A DNA stretch of 64,000 bases from NCBI GenBank assembly GCA_026396175.1, contig JAPLXG010000012.1, positions 19,360 through 83,359 on the forward strand. Direction: 5' to 3'. Source of the stretch: Candidatus Moraniibacteriota bacterium. GTDB taxonomy: Bacteria; Patescibacteriota; Minisyncoccia; Moranbacterales; UBA2206. Shown here piece after piece: positions 23,521 through 33,011 of the stretch; within the stretch, counting starts at the first letter, position 1; every line of letters starts with the position of its first letter. The translations under genes and the position numbers were made by a program. The notes beneath the pieces were generated by a model, which searched no databases, was not told the DNA's origin, and saw only the letters and a program-made list of their open reading frames with translations.

Positions 23521-24651
23521 ATGCGTATTTCATATTCGGCCCTTGATACCTACAAAAGCTGTCCATTGAAGTATAAATATCAACAAATCGACAAAATCAA
23601 AACACCTAAATCTAAGGAGGCAGTATTTGGGACAATTTTGCATTCGACGCTGAAATTTATCCACACGCCGGGTATCCTCTCCCCCACCTTGGAGCAAGCG
23701 ATGGAATTTTTTTCCAACTCCTGGAACCCGGCTGTTTTTGATTCTCCCGAAGAAGAGCGCGCCGCTTTTGTGCAGGGAGTGAAAATTATCCAAGATTATT
23801 TCAGGCAAAATAATCCGGCTGATTTTAATATTGTGAACCTGGAATCGCGTTTTCAAATTGAGATTGGAGAAGCCGAAAATAAACACATTATTTCTGGCAT
23901 TATTGATCGCATTGATCGCACGGCCGATGGGTTTGAAATCATTGATTATAAGACGACCAAAAAAATGCCCACGCAGGATCGTGTCGAAGGTGATATGCAA
24001 CTCTCGGTCTACCTCGCGGCTTTCCTTTCCTACTATCCCGATGAGCGAAAGAATTTAGACAAACTCAAAGTTAGTCTCTATTTTTTGAAACACGGTGTGA
24101 AACTTTCCGCCACACGAACAGAAGAACAGCTGAAAGAAAACGAGGCAGTCTTCTTGGAAACAATCAAACTAATCGAGGAAGGAAAATTTGAGCCAACTAT
24201 TTCTCCCCTTTGCGATTGGTGTGGCTATCAAAACATCTGTCCGATGTGGAAGCATAAATTCAAAGAAGCGAGAAAAATTGACACGGAAGAAATCGCTGGA
24301 CTGATTGATGAATATATTGATCTCAAATCAGCCATGGCGCTCACCAAAGATCGTTTGATGAAAATTCAGGAAGATATCGTGACCTATATGGGTCAAGAAG
24401 GCGTCGAACGCGTTTTTGGCAGTCAGGGCATCATAGCGCGTAGTCTTCGCGTTACCTATAAATATGACGAAGATAAGATTCAAGCAATCCTAGAGCCTCT
24501 GGGAAGGTGGCAGGAGGTCTTGAAGCTCGACAAAACCGCCCTCAAAAATATTTCCGATCTTTTGCCGGCGCCGGTCAAAAAAGAGATTGAAAAAGCGAAG
24601 ATTGAAGATAAAACGACTAGTAGTTTGATTGTGAAAAAAGGAAGTCAATAA
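23521..24651 (+). CDS. PD-(D/E)xK nuclease family protein (Cas4/RecB/AddB-like) with C-terminal 4-Cys cluster
   Basis: IIDRIDRT...EIIDYKTTKK (D...E.K core) and CDWCGYQNICPMW cysteine cluster; no cas genes or CRISPR array nearby. Confidence 0.65.
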   Translation: MRISYSALDTYKSCPLKYKYQQIDKIKTPKSKEAVFGTILHSTLKFIHTPGILSPTLEQAMEFFSNSWNPAVFDSPEEERAAFVQGVKIIQDYFRQNNPADFNIVNLESRFQIEIGEAENKHIISGIIDRIDRTADGFEIIDYKTTKKMPTQDRVEGDMQLSVYLAAFLSYYPDERKNLDKLKVSLYFLKHGVKLSATRTEEQLKENEAVFLETIKLIEEGKFEPTISPLCDWCGYQNICPMWKHKFKEARKIDTEEIAGLIDEYIDLKSAMALTKDRLMKIQEDIVTYMGQEGVERVFGSQGIIARSLRVTYKYDEDKIQAILEPLGRWQEVLKLDKTALKNISDLLPAPVKKEIEKAKIEDKTTSSLIVKKGSQ

Positions 24652-24653
24652 AA

Positions 24654-25115
24654 ATGCATCACTATATCACAAAAACTAAAAAATACATCAAACGGTTTTT
24701 TCTGATTGATGACACGCCACATAAAGTCGCGGCTGGTTTTGCTTTGGGTGTGTTTTGGGGCATTATGCCGGGTGAAGGTGTTGGAACAACATTGGTCACG
24801 GCTTATCTTTTGCGTTTCAATCGCCTCTCGGCCACCGTCGGAGTTCTCGCCAGCAATATGTGGACGACTTTTTTCATCTTGCCCTTGGCAGCTATTTTTG
24901 GTGGTTTAGTTTTTCGAGTCAGCCCAGACTTTCTGATAAATAGTTTTCATGAAACCTATGATCTGGGTTGGAAATATTTTTTCACCGAAACAATTTTTCT
25001 CAAGATCCTCACGCCCTTTTTTGTCGGATTTTTTATCGTTTCAATCGCAATTGCCTTGTTTTTCTATTTCTTGCTTTATTTTCTTTTGAAATATAAGAAA
25101 GTAAGATTTAGATAA
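24654..25115 (+). CDS. DUF2062 family membrane protein
   Basis: Conserved GFALGVFWGIMP...NR(L)..T segment and multiple TM helices. Confidence 0.6.
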   Translation: MHHYITKTKKYIKRFFLIDDTPHKVAAGFALGVFWGIMPGEGVGTTLVTAYLLRFNRLSATVGVLASNMWTTFFILPLAAIFGGLVFRVSPDFLINSFHETYDLGWKYFFTETIFLKILTPFFVGFFIVSIAIALFFYFLLYFLLKYKKVRFR

Positions 25116-25130
25116 ACTTTATCAATATCC

Positions 25131-25284
25131 CCTTCTCCCTTAGGGAGAAGGTGGCTGAAAGCCGGATGAGGGAGAAGCCTTTCGATAATTGGCCATTTAC
25201 TTATTTACTCAGCATTTTTCTTTTTATCAACGCCCTTTCCCTCACCTGTCACGAGTACGTGACATCCTCTCCCTAAGGGAGAGG
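25131..25284. repeat. Pair of related palindromic hairpins (CCTTCTCCCTTAGGGAGAAGG at 25131-25151; CCTCTCCCTAAGGGAGAGG at 25266-25284) bracketing roughly 115 bp between convergent genes
   Basis: Each is self-complementary and they are near reverse complements of each other; the interior holds GTCACGAGTACGTGAC and a CCCTTTCCCTCACC motif. Confidence 0.55.
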
Positions 25285-25289
25285 AGGAC

Positions 25290-26543
25290 TTATTGTTTTA
25301 ATGTATTTGAACCTGCGAGATACCCCGTACTCCAACAAATCTGCAGATTATACCCACCAGTCGGACCATCGAGGTCCAGAATCTCTCCCGCAAAATATAG
25401 GTTTTCGATGATTTTGGATTGCATCGTTTTTGGATCAATTTCTTTGAGGGCCACTCCCCCACTCGTTACCATTGCTTGGTCAAAACCCATAACCTCAGAG
25501 ACGGTAAATTTCAAAGATTTCAAGAGCGCCACGATTTTCTGGCGTTCTTTTTTGGTGAGAAAATTTAACTTTTTATCTGGATCAATCTCAGCGAGCTTCA
25601 AAATTAAATCTAGCATTTTTCGCGATAAAATTTCCCGAAAATAATTTTTGATATCTTTCCGATTATTTTCCTCGAAAGCCAAGACTAGTTTTTTGTCTAA
25701 CTCGGAAATGGTAAACTCGGGAAAAAGTTCCAATTCGATCGTAACAGAACCATTTTGCAAAAGGAGATTAATTTCTTTACTCGCGTTAATAATCAGCGGA
25801 CCACTTAGTCCAAAATGCGTGAAAAGTAGATCTCCTTGAAAGCTGGCTTGTTTTTTTTCGTTTTGCCAAAGACTGATGCTTGCCACTTCGAGGCTTAGTC
25901 CTTGCAAATCACTGACCCAATCTTCTTTGATTCTCACTGGCGCAAGCGCTGGCATCGGAGTGACAATTGTATGCCCCAGTTCTTTCACCCAGGCATAGCC
26001 ATCTCCAGTCGAACCAGTCGCAGGATAAGCTTTCCCGCCCGTACAAAGAATAAATTTACCCGCTTTGATTATTTGATCTTTCAATTTCATGTCACTAATT
26101 TTGTTACCCGCAAACTCAAAACCAGACACCTCCGCGTCTGTGATTATTTCAACTCCGTTATCTTTGAGATATTTCGTGAGCGTCGAAAGCACATCTATCG
26201 CGTCGTCAGTTACTGGAAAAACCCGACCATTTTTTTCGACTTTCGTGGGCAGATTTTTCTGCTCAAAAAACTCAACCACTTCTTTTGGCCCAAAAGCCGA
26301 AAATGCAGAAAAGAAAAATTTGCCATTGCGGCCGAGTTTTTCCACAAAGCCCCTGGCATCATGATTGATTTGCGTGATGTTGCAATGACCATTGCCAGTG
26401 AGCAAAAGCTTTTTTCCCAGTGCAGAATTTTTTTCGAGCAAAACTACCTTTGCGCCAAGTTCCGCCGCTCTTCCCGCTGCCATCATCCCCGCCGGTCCCC
26501 CGCCGATGACTGCGACGTCAAATTTTTTATCTGATTTATTCAT
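25290..26543 (-). CDS. FAD-dependent flavoprotein, HI0933/YhiN family
   Basis: N-terminal Rossmann DVAVIGGGPAGMMAA and the overall HI0933-like layout. Confidence 0.75.
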   Translation of the reverse strand: MNKSDKKFDVAVIGGGPAGMMAAGRAAELGAKVVLLEKNSALGKKLLLTGNGHCNITQINHDARGFVEKLGRNGKFFFSAFSAFGPKEVVEFFEQKNLPTKVEKNGRVFPVTDDAIDVLSTLTKYLKDNGVEIITDAEVSGFEFAGNKISDMKLKDQIIKAGKFILCTGGKAYPATGSTGDGYAWVKELGHTIVTPMPALAPVRIKEDWVSDLQGLSLEVASISLWQNEKKQASFQGDLLFTHFGLSGPLIINASKEINLLLQNGSVTIELELFPEFTISELDKKLVLAFEENNRKDIKNYFREILSRKMLDLILKLAEIDPDKKLNFLTKKERQKIVALLKSLKFTVSEVMGFDQAMVTSGGVALKEIDPKTMQSKIIENLYFAGEILDLDGPTGGYNLQICWSTGYLAGSNTLKQ

Positions 26544-26547
26544 AAAG

Positions 26548-27513
26548 CTAGTTTAGTATCCAATTGAATAAATAGCCAGTAAAAATTATTCCCACGCCAA
26601 CAACAGAGGCAAAAATGAAAATCAATTTCACTTTCATCACTTTTTTCAAAATCAAAAACTCTGGCAAAGATAATGCAGTTACCGCCATCATAAAAGCCAA
26701 GGCGGTTCCCATGGCCACTCCTTTTTCAGTTAGTGCCCCAACAAGCGGAATAACTCCGGCTGCATTGGAATAGAGTGGCATGCCGACAAGAACTGCTAAT
26801 GGTACCGCATACCATTTATCGCTTCCGGCATATTGTGCCAAAAAATCAGCCGGCACATAACCATGAATCCAAGCGCCAAGCCCAACCCCGATTACCACAT
26901 AAAGCCAGACCTTTTTTACAATATCCAGCGTATATGTTTTTGCATATTTAAGTCTTTGCTCCCAGTTTAATTCCGGCAGATTGAGATTTTTACCATTGCC
27001 GTTTAGCGCGAATTCTTCTACTAAATTTCTTACATCCATTTTTTCGATAATCATTCCAGAAAATATCGCAATCAAAAGTCCACTGATGATATAAATCAGG
27101 GCGATTTTCCAACCGAACATTCCCAAGAGCATGACCAGCGCGACCTCATTGATCATTGGTGACGCAACTAGAAAAGAAAAAGTGGTGCCAAGTGGCACAC
27201 CAGCCTGTACAAACCCCAAAAACAGTGGCACCGCCGAGCATGAACAAAATGGAGTAATGATTCCCAATAGCGAGGCTAAGATGTTACCGACATACTTTTT
27301 TTCGTGCGAGAGAATATTCCTGATTTTTTCCGGTGGCAAAAACGAACGGATGATAGACACCGCGAAAATTATCACGAACAAAAGCAAGATTATTTTGATC
27401 GTATCAAAAATAAAGAAATTGACCGCACTGGCTAAGAGTGTTTTTGGAATTATTTCAAAAACCGAATAAGTGAGCCAGTCGGCAAATAATTGGATTGGGT
27501 AAAATATGTCCAT
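26548..27513 (-). CDS. Permease, DUF318/ArsP-like family
   Basis: Polytopic membrane protein with a TPFCSCSAVP motif. Confidence 0.6.
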   Translation of the reverse strand: MDIFYPIQLFADWLTYSVFEIIPKTLLASAVNFFIFDTIKIILLLFVIIFAVSIIRSFLPPEKIRNILSHEKKYVGNILASLLGIITPFCSCSAVPLFLGFVQAGVPLGTTFSFLVASPMINEVALVMLLGMFGWKIALIYIISGLLIAIFSGMIIEKMDVRNLVEEFALNGNGKNLNLPELNWEQRLKYAKTYTLDIVKKVWLYVVIGVGLGAWIHGYVPADFLAQYAGSDKWYAVPLAVLVGMPLYSNAAGVIPLVGALTEKGVAMGTALAFMMAVTALSLPEFLILKKVMKVKLIFIFASVVGVGIIFTGYLFNWILN

Positions 27514-27534
27514 GGTGATTATTTGATAAATTTA

Positions 27535-28467
27535 TTAGTTGCAATGTCCGCAATTGAGTTTCAGTTTTTCTGCTTCCGTGACAGAAACCATTTGAACAGT
27601 AGTATGGTTAATTTTGAAATACTCAAACATCTCTTTTTGCACTTCGACAATCAGATCCGTTCTTTTTTCATTTTCCATATTTTCAATTTCCATGTGCGCA
27701 CTCAAAAATCGGCTATTACTATCAGTCTGCCAAATGTGCAGATCATTTATTTCTTTCACTCCGGACATAGACAATAATCTCGCCTTAACTTCTTCAAAAT
27801 CAACATCTTCCGGCACCGATTCCATTAAAATATTGATTGTCTGCATAATCAGCTCATAAACTTCCTTGAGTACATAGACTGAAAGCACGATGGAAATAAC
27901 GGGGTCAATAATGTACCAATGGAAATAATAAATCAAGATTGCGCCGATAACGATTCCCAAAGAAAACAACGCATCTTGGAATGAATGAAGCCAGGCGCTT
28001 TTCATGTTCAAATTTTTATGCGCGTCCTTTTCTAGCAGATATGTCGCAATACCATTACCGACTAAGGCCAATATTGCCGTCCAAATCATTGACGTCCCGG
28101 CAATTTCTGATGGATGGAATAATCTTTGAACTGCTTCAATCAGAATGAAGGCAATTACAGCCAAAAGTATCAGTGAATTAAAAAAAGCAATCAGAATTTC
28201 CGCCCGCTTATAGCCGTATGTTTTGAGCGTCGTATTGCCCCTCATTTTTATCTTTTCTCCCCACCAGCTCAAACTAAGCGAGCCGACGTCGGAAAAATTG
28301 TGGAGCGCCTCCGAAATCAAGGCCAAGCTGCCAATGAAAAGTCCGCCCACGATTTCAAAAGCGGTAATGATGATATTGAGAATAATGGCAAAGGCAATAT
28401 TTTTGTTGCCATACGGTTCCTTGATTTCGGCTTTTGGGTACGAATGCGACTTCTTTATTTTTTCCAT
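27535..28467 (-). CDS. Cation diffusion facilitator family metal efflux transporter
   Basis: 6-TM domain with HNFSD motif and C-terminal cytoplasmic domain; ends in a CGHCN metal-binding tail. Confidence 0.85.
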   Translation of the reverse strand: MEKIKKSHSYPKAEIKEPYGNKNIAFAIILNIIITAFEIVGGLFIGSLALISEALHNFSDVGSLSLSWWGEKIKMRGNTTLKTYGYKRAEILIAFFNSLILLAVIAFILIEAVQRLFHPSEIAGTSMIWTAILALVGNGIATYLLEKDAHKNLNMKSAWLHSFQDALFSLGIVIGAILIYYFHWYIIDPVISIVLSVYVLKEVYELIMQTINILMESVPEDVDFEEVKARLLSMSGVKEINDLHIWQTDSNSRFLSAHMEIENMENEKRTDLIVEVQKEMFEYFKINHTTVQMVSVTEAEKLKLNCGHCN

Positions 28468-28470
28468 AAC

Positions 28471-29190
28471 TTAAATCGAATTAATTAAATATTTCACTAA
28501 AAATTGTAAATAATAAATCCCGGCCAAAAGAAAAATTGTCGCCACGCTGTAGCGCATCACTTTTTCAATCTTGCCCATGGCGTTATACATCTTGCTCACT
28601 TTTCCCACGCTGAATGCTAGAATAAAAGAGAAGATAATAACCGGCAAGCCTGTTCCTAAAGCGAACAATGGTGGCAAAAACAAACCTTCTGCTGATTTGA
28701 GAATTAGCGGAATAAGTATTCCAAAAAACAGTGCGCCACTATAGGGACAAAATGCCAAAGCGAATAACACCCCAAGAAGTATGGCGCCCAAATAACCCTT
28801 GCCTGCGAGCCACTCCTTGATCTTTTCGATTTTATCGCTTTTTTCACCCAGATTGATTTTAATTATCCCAAACATTGCAAGACTGATAAGGATAAGTACG
28901 ATGCCTAATATTTTATCTCCCCAGCCTTGAAAAATCTTAGCAATTTCAAATGAGGAAAGACCGAAATAAATCAATGTTGCCAAGAGCGTATAGCTGATAG
29001 CTCTTCCGAGCGTGTACATCAGACCGCTGATGAGAGTATGTTTGGGCGTTTTGATGTCTTTGGAGATATAGGCGATGGCGGTAATGTTGGTGGCCAAAGG
29101 ACAAGGACTGATGGAAGTCATTACACCCAAAACAAAAGCTGAAAGCAAGGGGAAATTATATTGATCAATTAATACGCTGAGAAAATCCAT
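28471..29190 (-). CDS. Cytochrome c biogenesis CcdA/DsbD-like thiol-disulfide transmembrane electron transporter
   Basis: Polytopic membrane protein with paired Cys in TM segments (SPCPLA ... AFCPYS). Confidence 0.65.
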   Translation of the reverse strand: MDFLSVLIDQYNFPLLSAFVLGVMTSISPCPLATNITAIAYISKDIKTPKHTLISGLMYTLGRAISYTLLATLIYFGLSSFEIAKIFQGWGDKILGIVLILISLAMFGIIKINLGEKSDKIEKIKEWLAGKGYLGAILLGVLFALAFCPYSGALFFGILIPLILKSAEGLFLPPLFALGTGLPVIIFSFILAFSVGKVSKMYNAMGKIEKVMRYSVATIFLLAGIYYLQFLVKYLINSI

Positions 29191-29191
29191 G

Positions 29192-29668
29192 CTATTTTCC
29201 GAAGTAATTATTAATCTTGTCTTTCAAGTAACTCTTAAATTGAGTCTCATTGCTTGTCAGCTGCCAAACTTTTGTGTCCTGAGAAATATTATCCGCTCCA
29301 GCTGAAATAGCATTGAGATAGAGCGCCGATCCTGTAGCTTTGAACTTTTGCGCCAATTCTTTGTTCTCGGGCAGATCAATGTTAATTTCGCGAAACTCAA
29401 TTTTTCCATCTCGCAATTCTGATTGAAAAAATTCGTTGACTGTTTCGCCGGCTAATTTTCCAATAGCGATACAAGTGGTACATCTTTGCGTCGAATGAAA
29501 GAGAAAAACTTGCACCTTATCCGCTGATTTTCTTTGCACAGTCTCGATGCTTTTTGAATTTTTGCCTAAAGCTTCTTGTGCTTCAGACGGATTGTTTTTG
29601 AGGGCATAGAAAACTATGCCAATAACGATCGCTAATCCTACTGTAATCGTAATATTTGTTTTTTTCAT
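29192..29668 (-). CDS. Membrane-anchored thioredoxin-fold protein with CxxC motif
   Basis: N-terminal TM helix, VFLFHSTQRCTTCIAIG (CxxC). Confidence 0.5.
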   Translation of the reverse strand: MKKTNITITVGLAIVIGIVFYALKNNPSEAQEALGKNSKSIETVQRKSADKVQVFLFHSTQRCTTCIAIGKLAGETVNEFFQSELRDGKIEFREINIDLPENKELAQKFKATGSALYLNAISAGADNISQDTKVWQLTSNETQFKSYLKDKINNYFGK

Positions 29669-29686
29669 ATGTTTTTATTTTTTAGG

Positions 29687-29920
29687 TTATTCGGAAAAGA
29701 GAGTTTTAAATTCTTCCTCGTCAGGAATCCGACCTGACAGTTTCACTTCTCCATCAATAACTAAGGCTGGTAAACTCATCACGCCATAACTCATAATTTC
29801 TGCAATGTCAGTGATTTTTTCCATTTTGGCTTCTATCTTTAGTTCTTCAAGCGCTTGTTTTATGCTAGCTTCTAGTTTTTTGCAATTAGGGCAACCAGTA
29901 CCCAAGATTTTAATGTTCAT
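29687..29920 (-). CDS. Thioredoxin-family redox-active disulfide protein 2
   Basis: KILGTGCPNCKKLE signature, roughly 77 aa. Confidence 0.75.
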   Translation of the reverse strand: MNIKILGTGCPNCKKLEASIKQALEELKIEAKMEKITDIAEIMSYGVMSLPALVIDGEVKLSGRIPDEEEFKTLFSE

Positions 29921-29924
29921 AGGT

Positions 29925-30143
29925 TTATTTAGCAGTTAATTTTAGCGGATTGCAAAGATTCTCTTTTTCATTGGCCAATCTGCCACAACAGCGACAAATA
30001 TATTGAGGGTCATCCACCAAGGGCATAATTTTTTCCATATCAAATTGATTATACGGCTTGGTCAGTTCGCAAAGCTTATTTTCTCGGCCAGTGGCGCAGC
30101 CACAGCCACAAGAATTTTTCACATCACAACAATCATCACTCAT
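29925..30143 (-). CDS. Small Cys-rich hypothetical protein (putative metal-binding)
   Basis: 72 aa with 13 Cys (DCCD, CGCGC, CRCCGR). Confidence 0.45.
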   Translation of the reverse strand: MSDDCCDVKNSCGCGCATGRENKLCELTKPYNQFDMEKIMPLVDDPQYICRCCGRLANEKENLCNPLKLTAK

Positions 30144-30144
30144 A

Positions 30145-30453
30145 CTATTTTATTATTTGATTAAAAATGGCTTTATATTTTTTGATCACTTTTCGGTCTA
30201 GCGAATGACGAATGAAATTGCCTTTGCGCTCCTCCGTGAGCAGGCCAATATTTTTCAATTGCTTCAGATGATGTGAAACCAATTTGTCTGAAATTCCTAT
30301 GGCAGGAACTATTTCGCACACACATTTAGCACCTTCTTGCAAAACGCAAATTATTTTCAAGCGATTGGGATCTGAAAGAGCACGCAAAAAATCGTATGTC
30401 TTTTGAACATCCTTTTCCGCCGCTGAATTTTTAGCGCAACATTTGAACTGCAT
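30145..30453 (-). CDS. ArsR/SmtB family metalloregulator
   Basis: w[22 protein letters not shown] with metal-site CVC; start at the internal ATG (the ORF-track start is TTG). Confidence 0.8.
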   Translation of the reverse strand: MQFKCCAKNSAAEKDVQKTYDFLRALSDPNRLKIICVLQEGAKCVCEIVPAIGISDKLVSHHLKQLKNIGLLTEERKGNFIRHSLDRKVIKKYKAIFNQIIK

Positions 30454-30459
30454 AAACAA

Positions 30460-30489
30460 ATACTATTCTAATTTATATTAGAATAGTAT
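30460..30489. promoter_or_regulatory. Putative ArsR operator: perfect 13-4-13 inverted repeat
   Basis: ATACTATTCTAAT-TTAT-ATTAGAATAGTAT ending 6 nt upstream of the arsR start codon. Confidence 0.5.
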
Positions 30490-30613
30490 CTTAAGCCAGG
30501 GGTGATGTCAAGAGAAGTATTTTTTTAAACCAATGTTGGTTCAGCGTCTCCTGACCTGAATCATCCATTTCTTGAATTTTTTAATTGTTTATTTCAACTT
30601 AGCTGGCTAGAAA

Positions 30614-31177
30614 TCAATGGTTCAAATCAGAGATTTGAACCGACAAAGTAGAGTTTAGCAGATATAAACTTATCGCAGATATAAAACCCATGTCTTTAAT
30701 ATTACCGCTTGTTATCATTTGCTTAATATCTTCAATGCCAAAAGAAAATTGTTCGATTACTTCATCTTCCGATGGACTTTTTAGATTAAGCTTTCCTTCA
30801 ATTTTTACAAAGACCACATGCGCCTTCATGGACATAAAACCAGGCTGGGCAGTTAATGTGCCAAGTAAAACCCCTTTGCCTTGAAATCCCGTTTCTTCCC
30901 TCAACTCTCTTTCAGCAGCCTGTACCGCGGTCTCATTTTTATCAATCCAGCCGGCAGGTAACTCATATAATATCTCATCAACGCCACGGCGATACTGGCG
31001 AATAGTAATTATTTTTTCATCATTATCTTCGGCGACAATGAGAACGTAGTCTGGCCTATCGATATGGTAGTAATCATCACGAATATTGCCACCACCGATG
31101 TCATAGGAATTATTCTTCAATGTGAGCCATTTTGATTCAAAAATCTTTTTAGATTTTACTAACTTCCACTTGCCCAT
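30614..31177 (-). CDS. NUDIX hydrolase
   Basis: Nudix box GWIDKNETAVQAAERELREETGF. Confidence 0.8.
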   Translation of the reverse strand: MGKWKLVKSKKIFESKWLTLKNNSYDIGGGNIRDDYYHIDRPDYVLIVAEDNDEKIITIRQYRRGVDEILYELPAGWIDKNETAVQAAERELREETGFQGKGVLLGTLTAQPGFMSMKAHVVFVKIEGKLNLKSPSEDEVIEQFSFGIEDIKQMITSGNIKDMGFISAISLYLLNSTLSVQISDLNH

Positions 31178-31210
31178 AAAAAATTATTTCGCTTAACCTA
31201 ATTATGCAAC

Positions 31211-31909
31211 CTAACTAATCACCGTCCCATTAAACTTTTTTCCTTCTAAGCAATTTTCCATATTTTTCAGTTTTTTGCCGTTGAGGATGACCACTTCCAT
31301 TTTAGCTTCCATGGCTAGTTTTGATGCAATTGGATCGAACGGTGCGTTCATGCCTGGGTCCCAAATGTTCCCCACCATCGTGCGGAAATCCGGCCAGGAA
31401 ATGGTTTTGATTTTTTTGGCGTCGGGAAATTTGTTCGGGTCTTTGTCGCAAACATAATCGATATTGCTCATGTTGATAATTTTAGTCACCCCAAAATATT
31501 TCCCCAAAAGCACCGCGTCATAGTCCGTGGAAAATCCCGGGCGCCAACCAGCGGCGACGAGAATGTTTTCTTTGAAGTTATAGAAATCCTCAAGATCGTT
31601 GGGATTTTTATTGATCCGCGAATGAGCATTGGCGCGAAAAATTGTGCGGATAAAATGCGCGTTCATTCTCGTCGCGTGAATGCCTAGCCAGTCGCTATCG
31701 TCATCTGTCAGTTTATTGGTTACTTTAATTGCTGCTTGTTGATAACGTCTCGCCAGTTTTCCACCACCAGTAATGATGATAAAGCGTGAGCCTTTCGCAA
31801 TTCGCTTTTTGATAATTTCCTTAAAACTTTTCACAAACCGCCAATCGATTTCATCTGGCACGATCAGCGACCCACCAAGAGAAATGACAATGATATTGTC
31901 CTTTTGCAT
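31211..31909 (-). CDS. Amino-acid-kinase-fold protein, probable UMP kinase (archaeal-type PyrH)
   Basis: N-terminal ISLGGSLI and ITGGG motifs of the carbamate/amino-acid kinase fold; size roughly 230 aa. Confidence 0.5.
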   Translation of the reverse strand: MQKDNIIVISLGGSLIVPDEIDWRFVKSFKEIIKKRIAKGSRFIIITGGGKLARRYQQAAIKVTNKLTDDDSDWLGIHATRMNAHFIRTIFRANAHSRINKNPNDLEDFYNFKENILVAAGWRPGFSTDYDAVLLGKYFGVTKIINMSNIDYVCDKDPNKFPDAKKIKTISWPDFRTMVGNIWDPGMNAPFDPIASKLAMEAKMEVVILNGKKLKNMENCLEGKKFNGTVIS

Positions 31910-32110
31910 AAATATAAATAATAATTAGTTAGCTTGAATTATGCTTTGCGCGTTTTCTATTCACGCCACCATGCTCTTTTGAAAAAATTTGAAATTTGAA
32001 ATTCTAAATTTTAATTCAAATCTAAATTACTAAATTTTTAATCATCAATTAGTTATTTGAACATTTAATCATTTGGCCTTGATTTCAAATTTTAAATTTA
32101 GAATTTAAAA

Positions 32111-32518
32111 TTACTTGATGCACGTCTTATCCGCCACTCTCCCCTGCTTCAGTGCATCATCGAGACTGGAAAAACAGACGAGATTTGCTGGTTTGATCCG
32201 TTTGGCGAACGAGCAGGTTGGCAAATGCACTTTGTTTGAATTTTTACTCCCGACATAGTTGCAATTAGGGGCTAAATTCTTCGTTTCTGCGGGGTTTTGG
32301 GTGATTTCCGGGGTAGCTGCACCTGCCACAGCTTGGGCGTTTTCTGAGTCAATTTTGGCCATTTCAGTCGTTTTTTCAATCACAATTGCCTTTGTTTGGC
32401 CTTTTTTTCCTTCGACATAGCCGAATTGGAAGGAAATGAGCGCCACTAAGACAAATCCGGTCACCAGCACCAGTTTCATTTCATGTTCGATTAGAAAACT
32501 TTTGATCTTACCCATCAA
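32111..32518 (-). CDS. Hypothetical membrane-anchored protein with C-terminal Cys-containing domain
   Basis: ORF with N-terminal TM helix; C-terminal CNYVG...HLPTCSFAKR...VCF. Confidence 0.4.
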   Translation of the reverse strand: MMGKIKSFLIEHEMKLVLVTGFVLVALISFQFGYVEGKKGQTKAIVIEKTTEMAKIDSENAQAVAGAATPEITQNPAETKNLAPNCNYVGSKNSNKVHLPTCSFAKRIKPANLVCFSSLDDALKQGRVADKTCIK

Positions 32519-32631
32519 TTGACATTATAGCATAAGTTCGCTAGAATACATCTTGTTAACTATATCAAATAAATTGCGGATTAGTACGGGACGATTTTTC
32601 TCATTCCCGGCTTTTATTTTCGCGCATATGT

Positions 32632-32958
32632 ATGGCACATCGTAAAGCAGGTGGATCTACCCAACTTGGAAGAGACTCCATTTCAAAGCGCCTGGGCGTA
32701 AAAATTTTTGGTGATCAAAAAGTCAAAACCGGACAAATAATCATCCGCCAACGCGGTTCAAAATATCACGCTGGAAAAAATGTGAAACAAGGTGAAGACG
32801 ACACACTATTTGCCCTCGCGGATGGTTTCGTGAAATTCTCCACCAAAAAGGTGCGTGCTTTCACAGGGAAACTTGTTCAAAGAAGATACGTTAGTGTGGC
32901 AGACAAGATTGTTCCCAACAAAAAAGCGAAAGCGAAGACAGTTGCTAAGAAAAAATAA
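32632..32958 (+). CDS. rpmA: 50S ribosomal protein L27 (with Lys-rich C-terminal extension)
   Basis: [16 protein letters not shown]...RLGVK.FG...IIIRQRG...HAG.NV...[14 protein letters not shown]. Confidence 0.9.
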   Translation: MAHRKAGGSTQLGRDSISKRLGVKIFGDQKVKTGQIIIRQRGSKYHAGKNVKQGEDDTLFALADGFVKFSTKKVRAFTGKLVQRRYVSVADKIVPNKKAKAKTVAKKK

Positions 32959-33011
32959 ATCAGAACCACTGATTCGCACTGTCAAAATAACCCACAAAAG
33001 GAGGATGTGCA

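Noticed and set aside
23521-24651. Cas4 annotation implying a CRISPR-Cas locus
   Set aside because: The nuclease has the Cas4/RecB-like fold features but no adjacent cas1/cas2, effector or repeat array. It is called a generic PD-(D/E)xK nuclease instead.
25189-26534. ORFs 25189-25644 (+) and 25902-26534 (+)
   Set aside because: They are antisense to the well-supported HI0933-family flavoprotein gene and their composition is Arg/Phe-rich junk.
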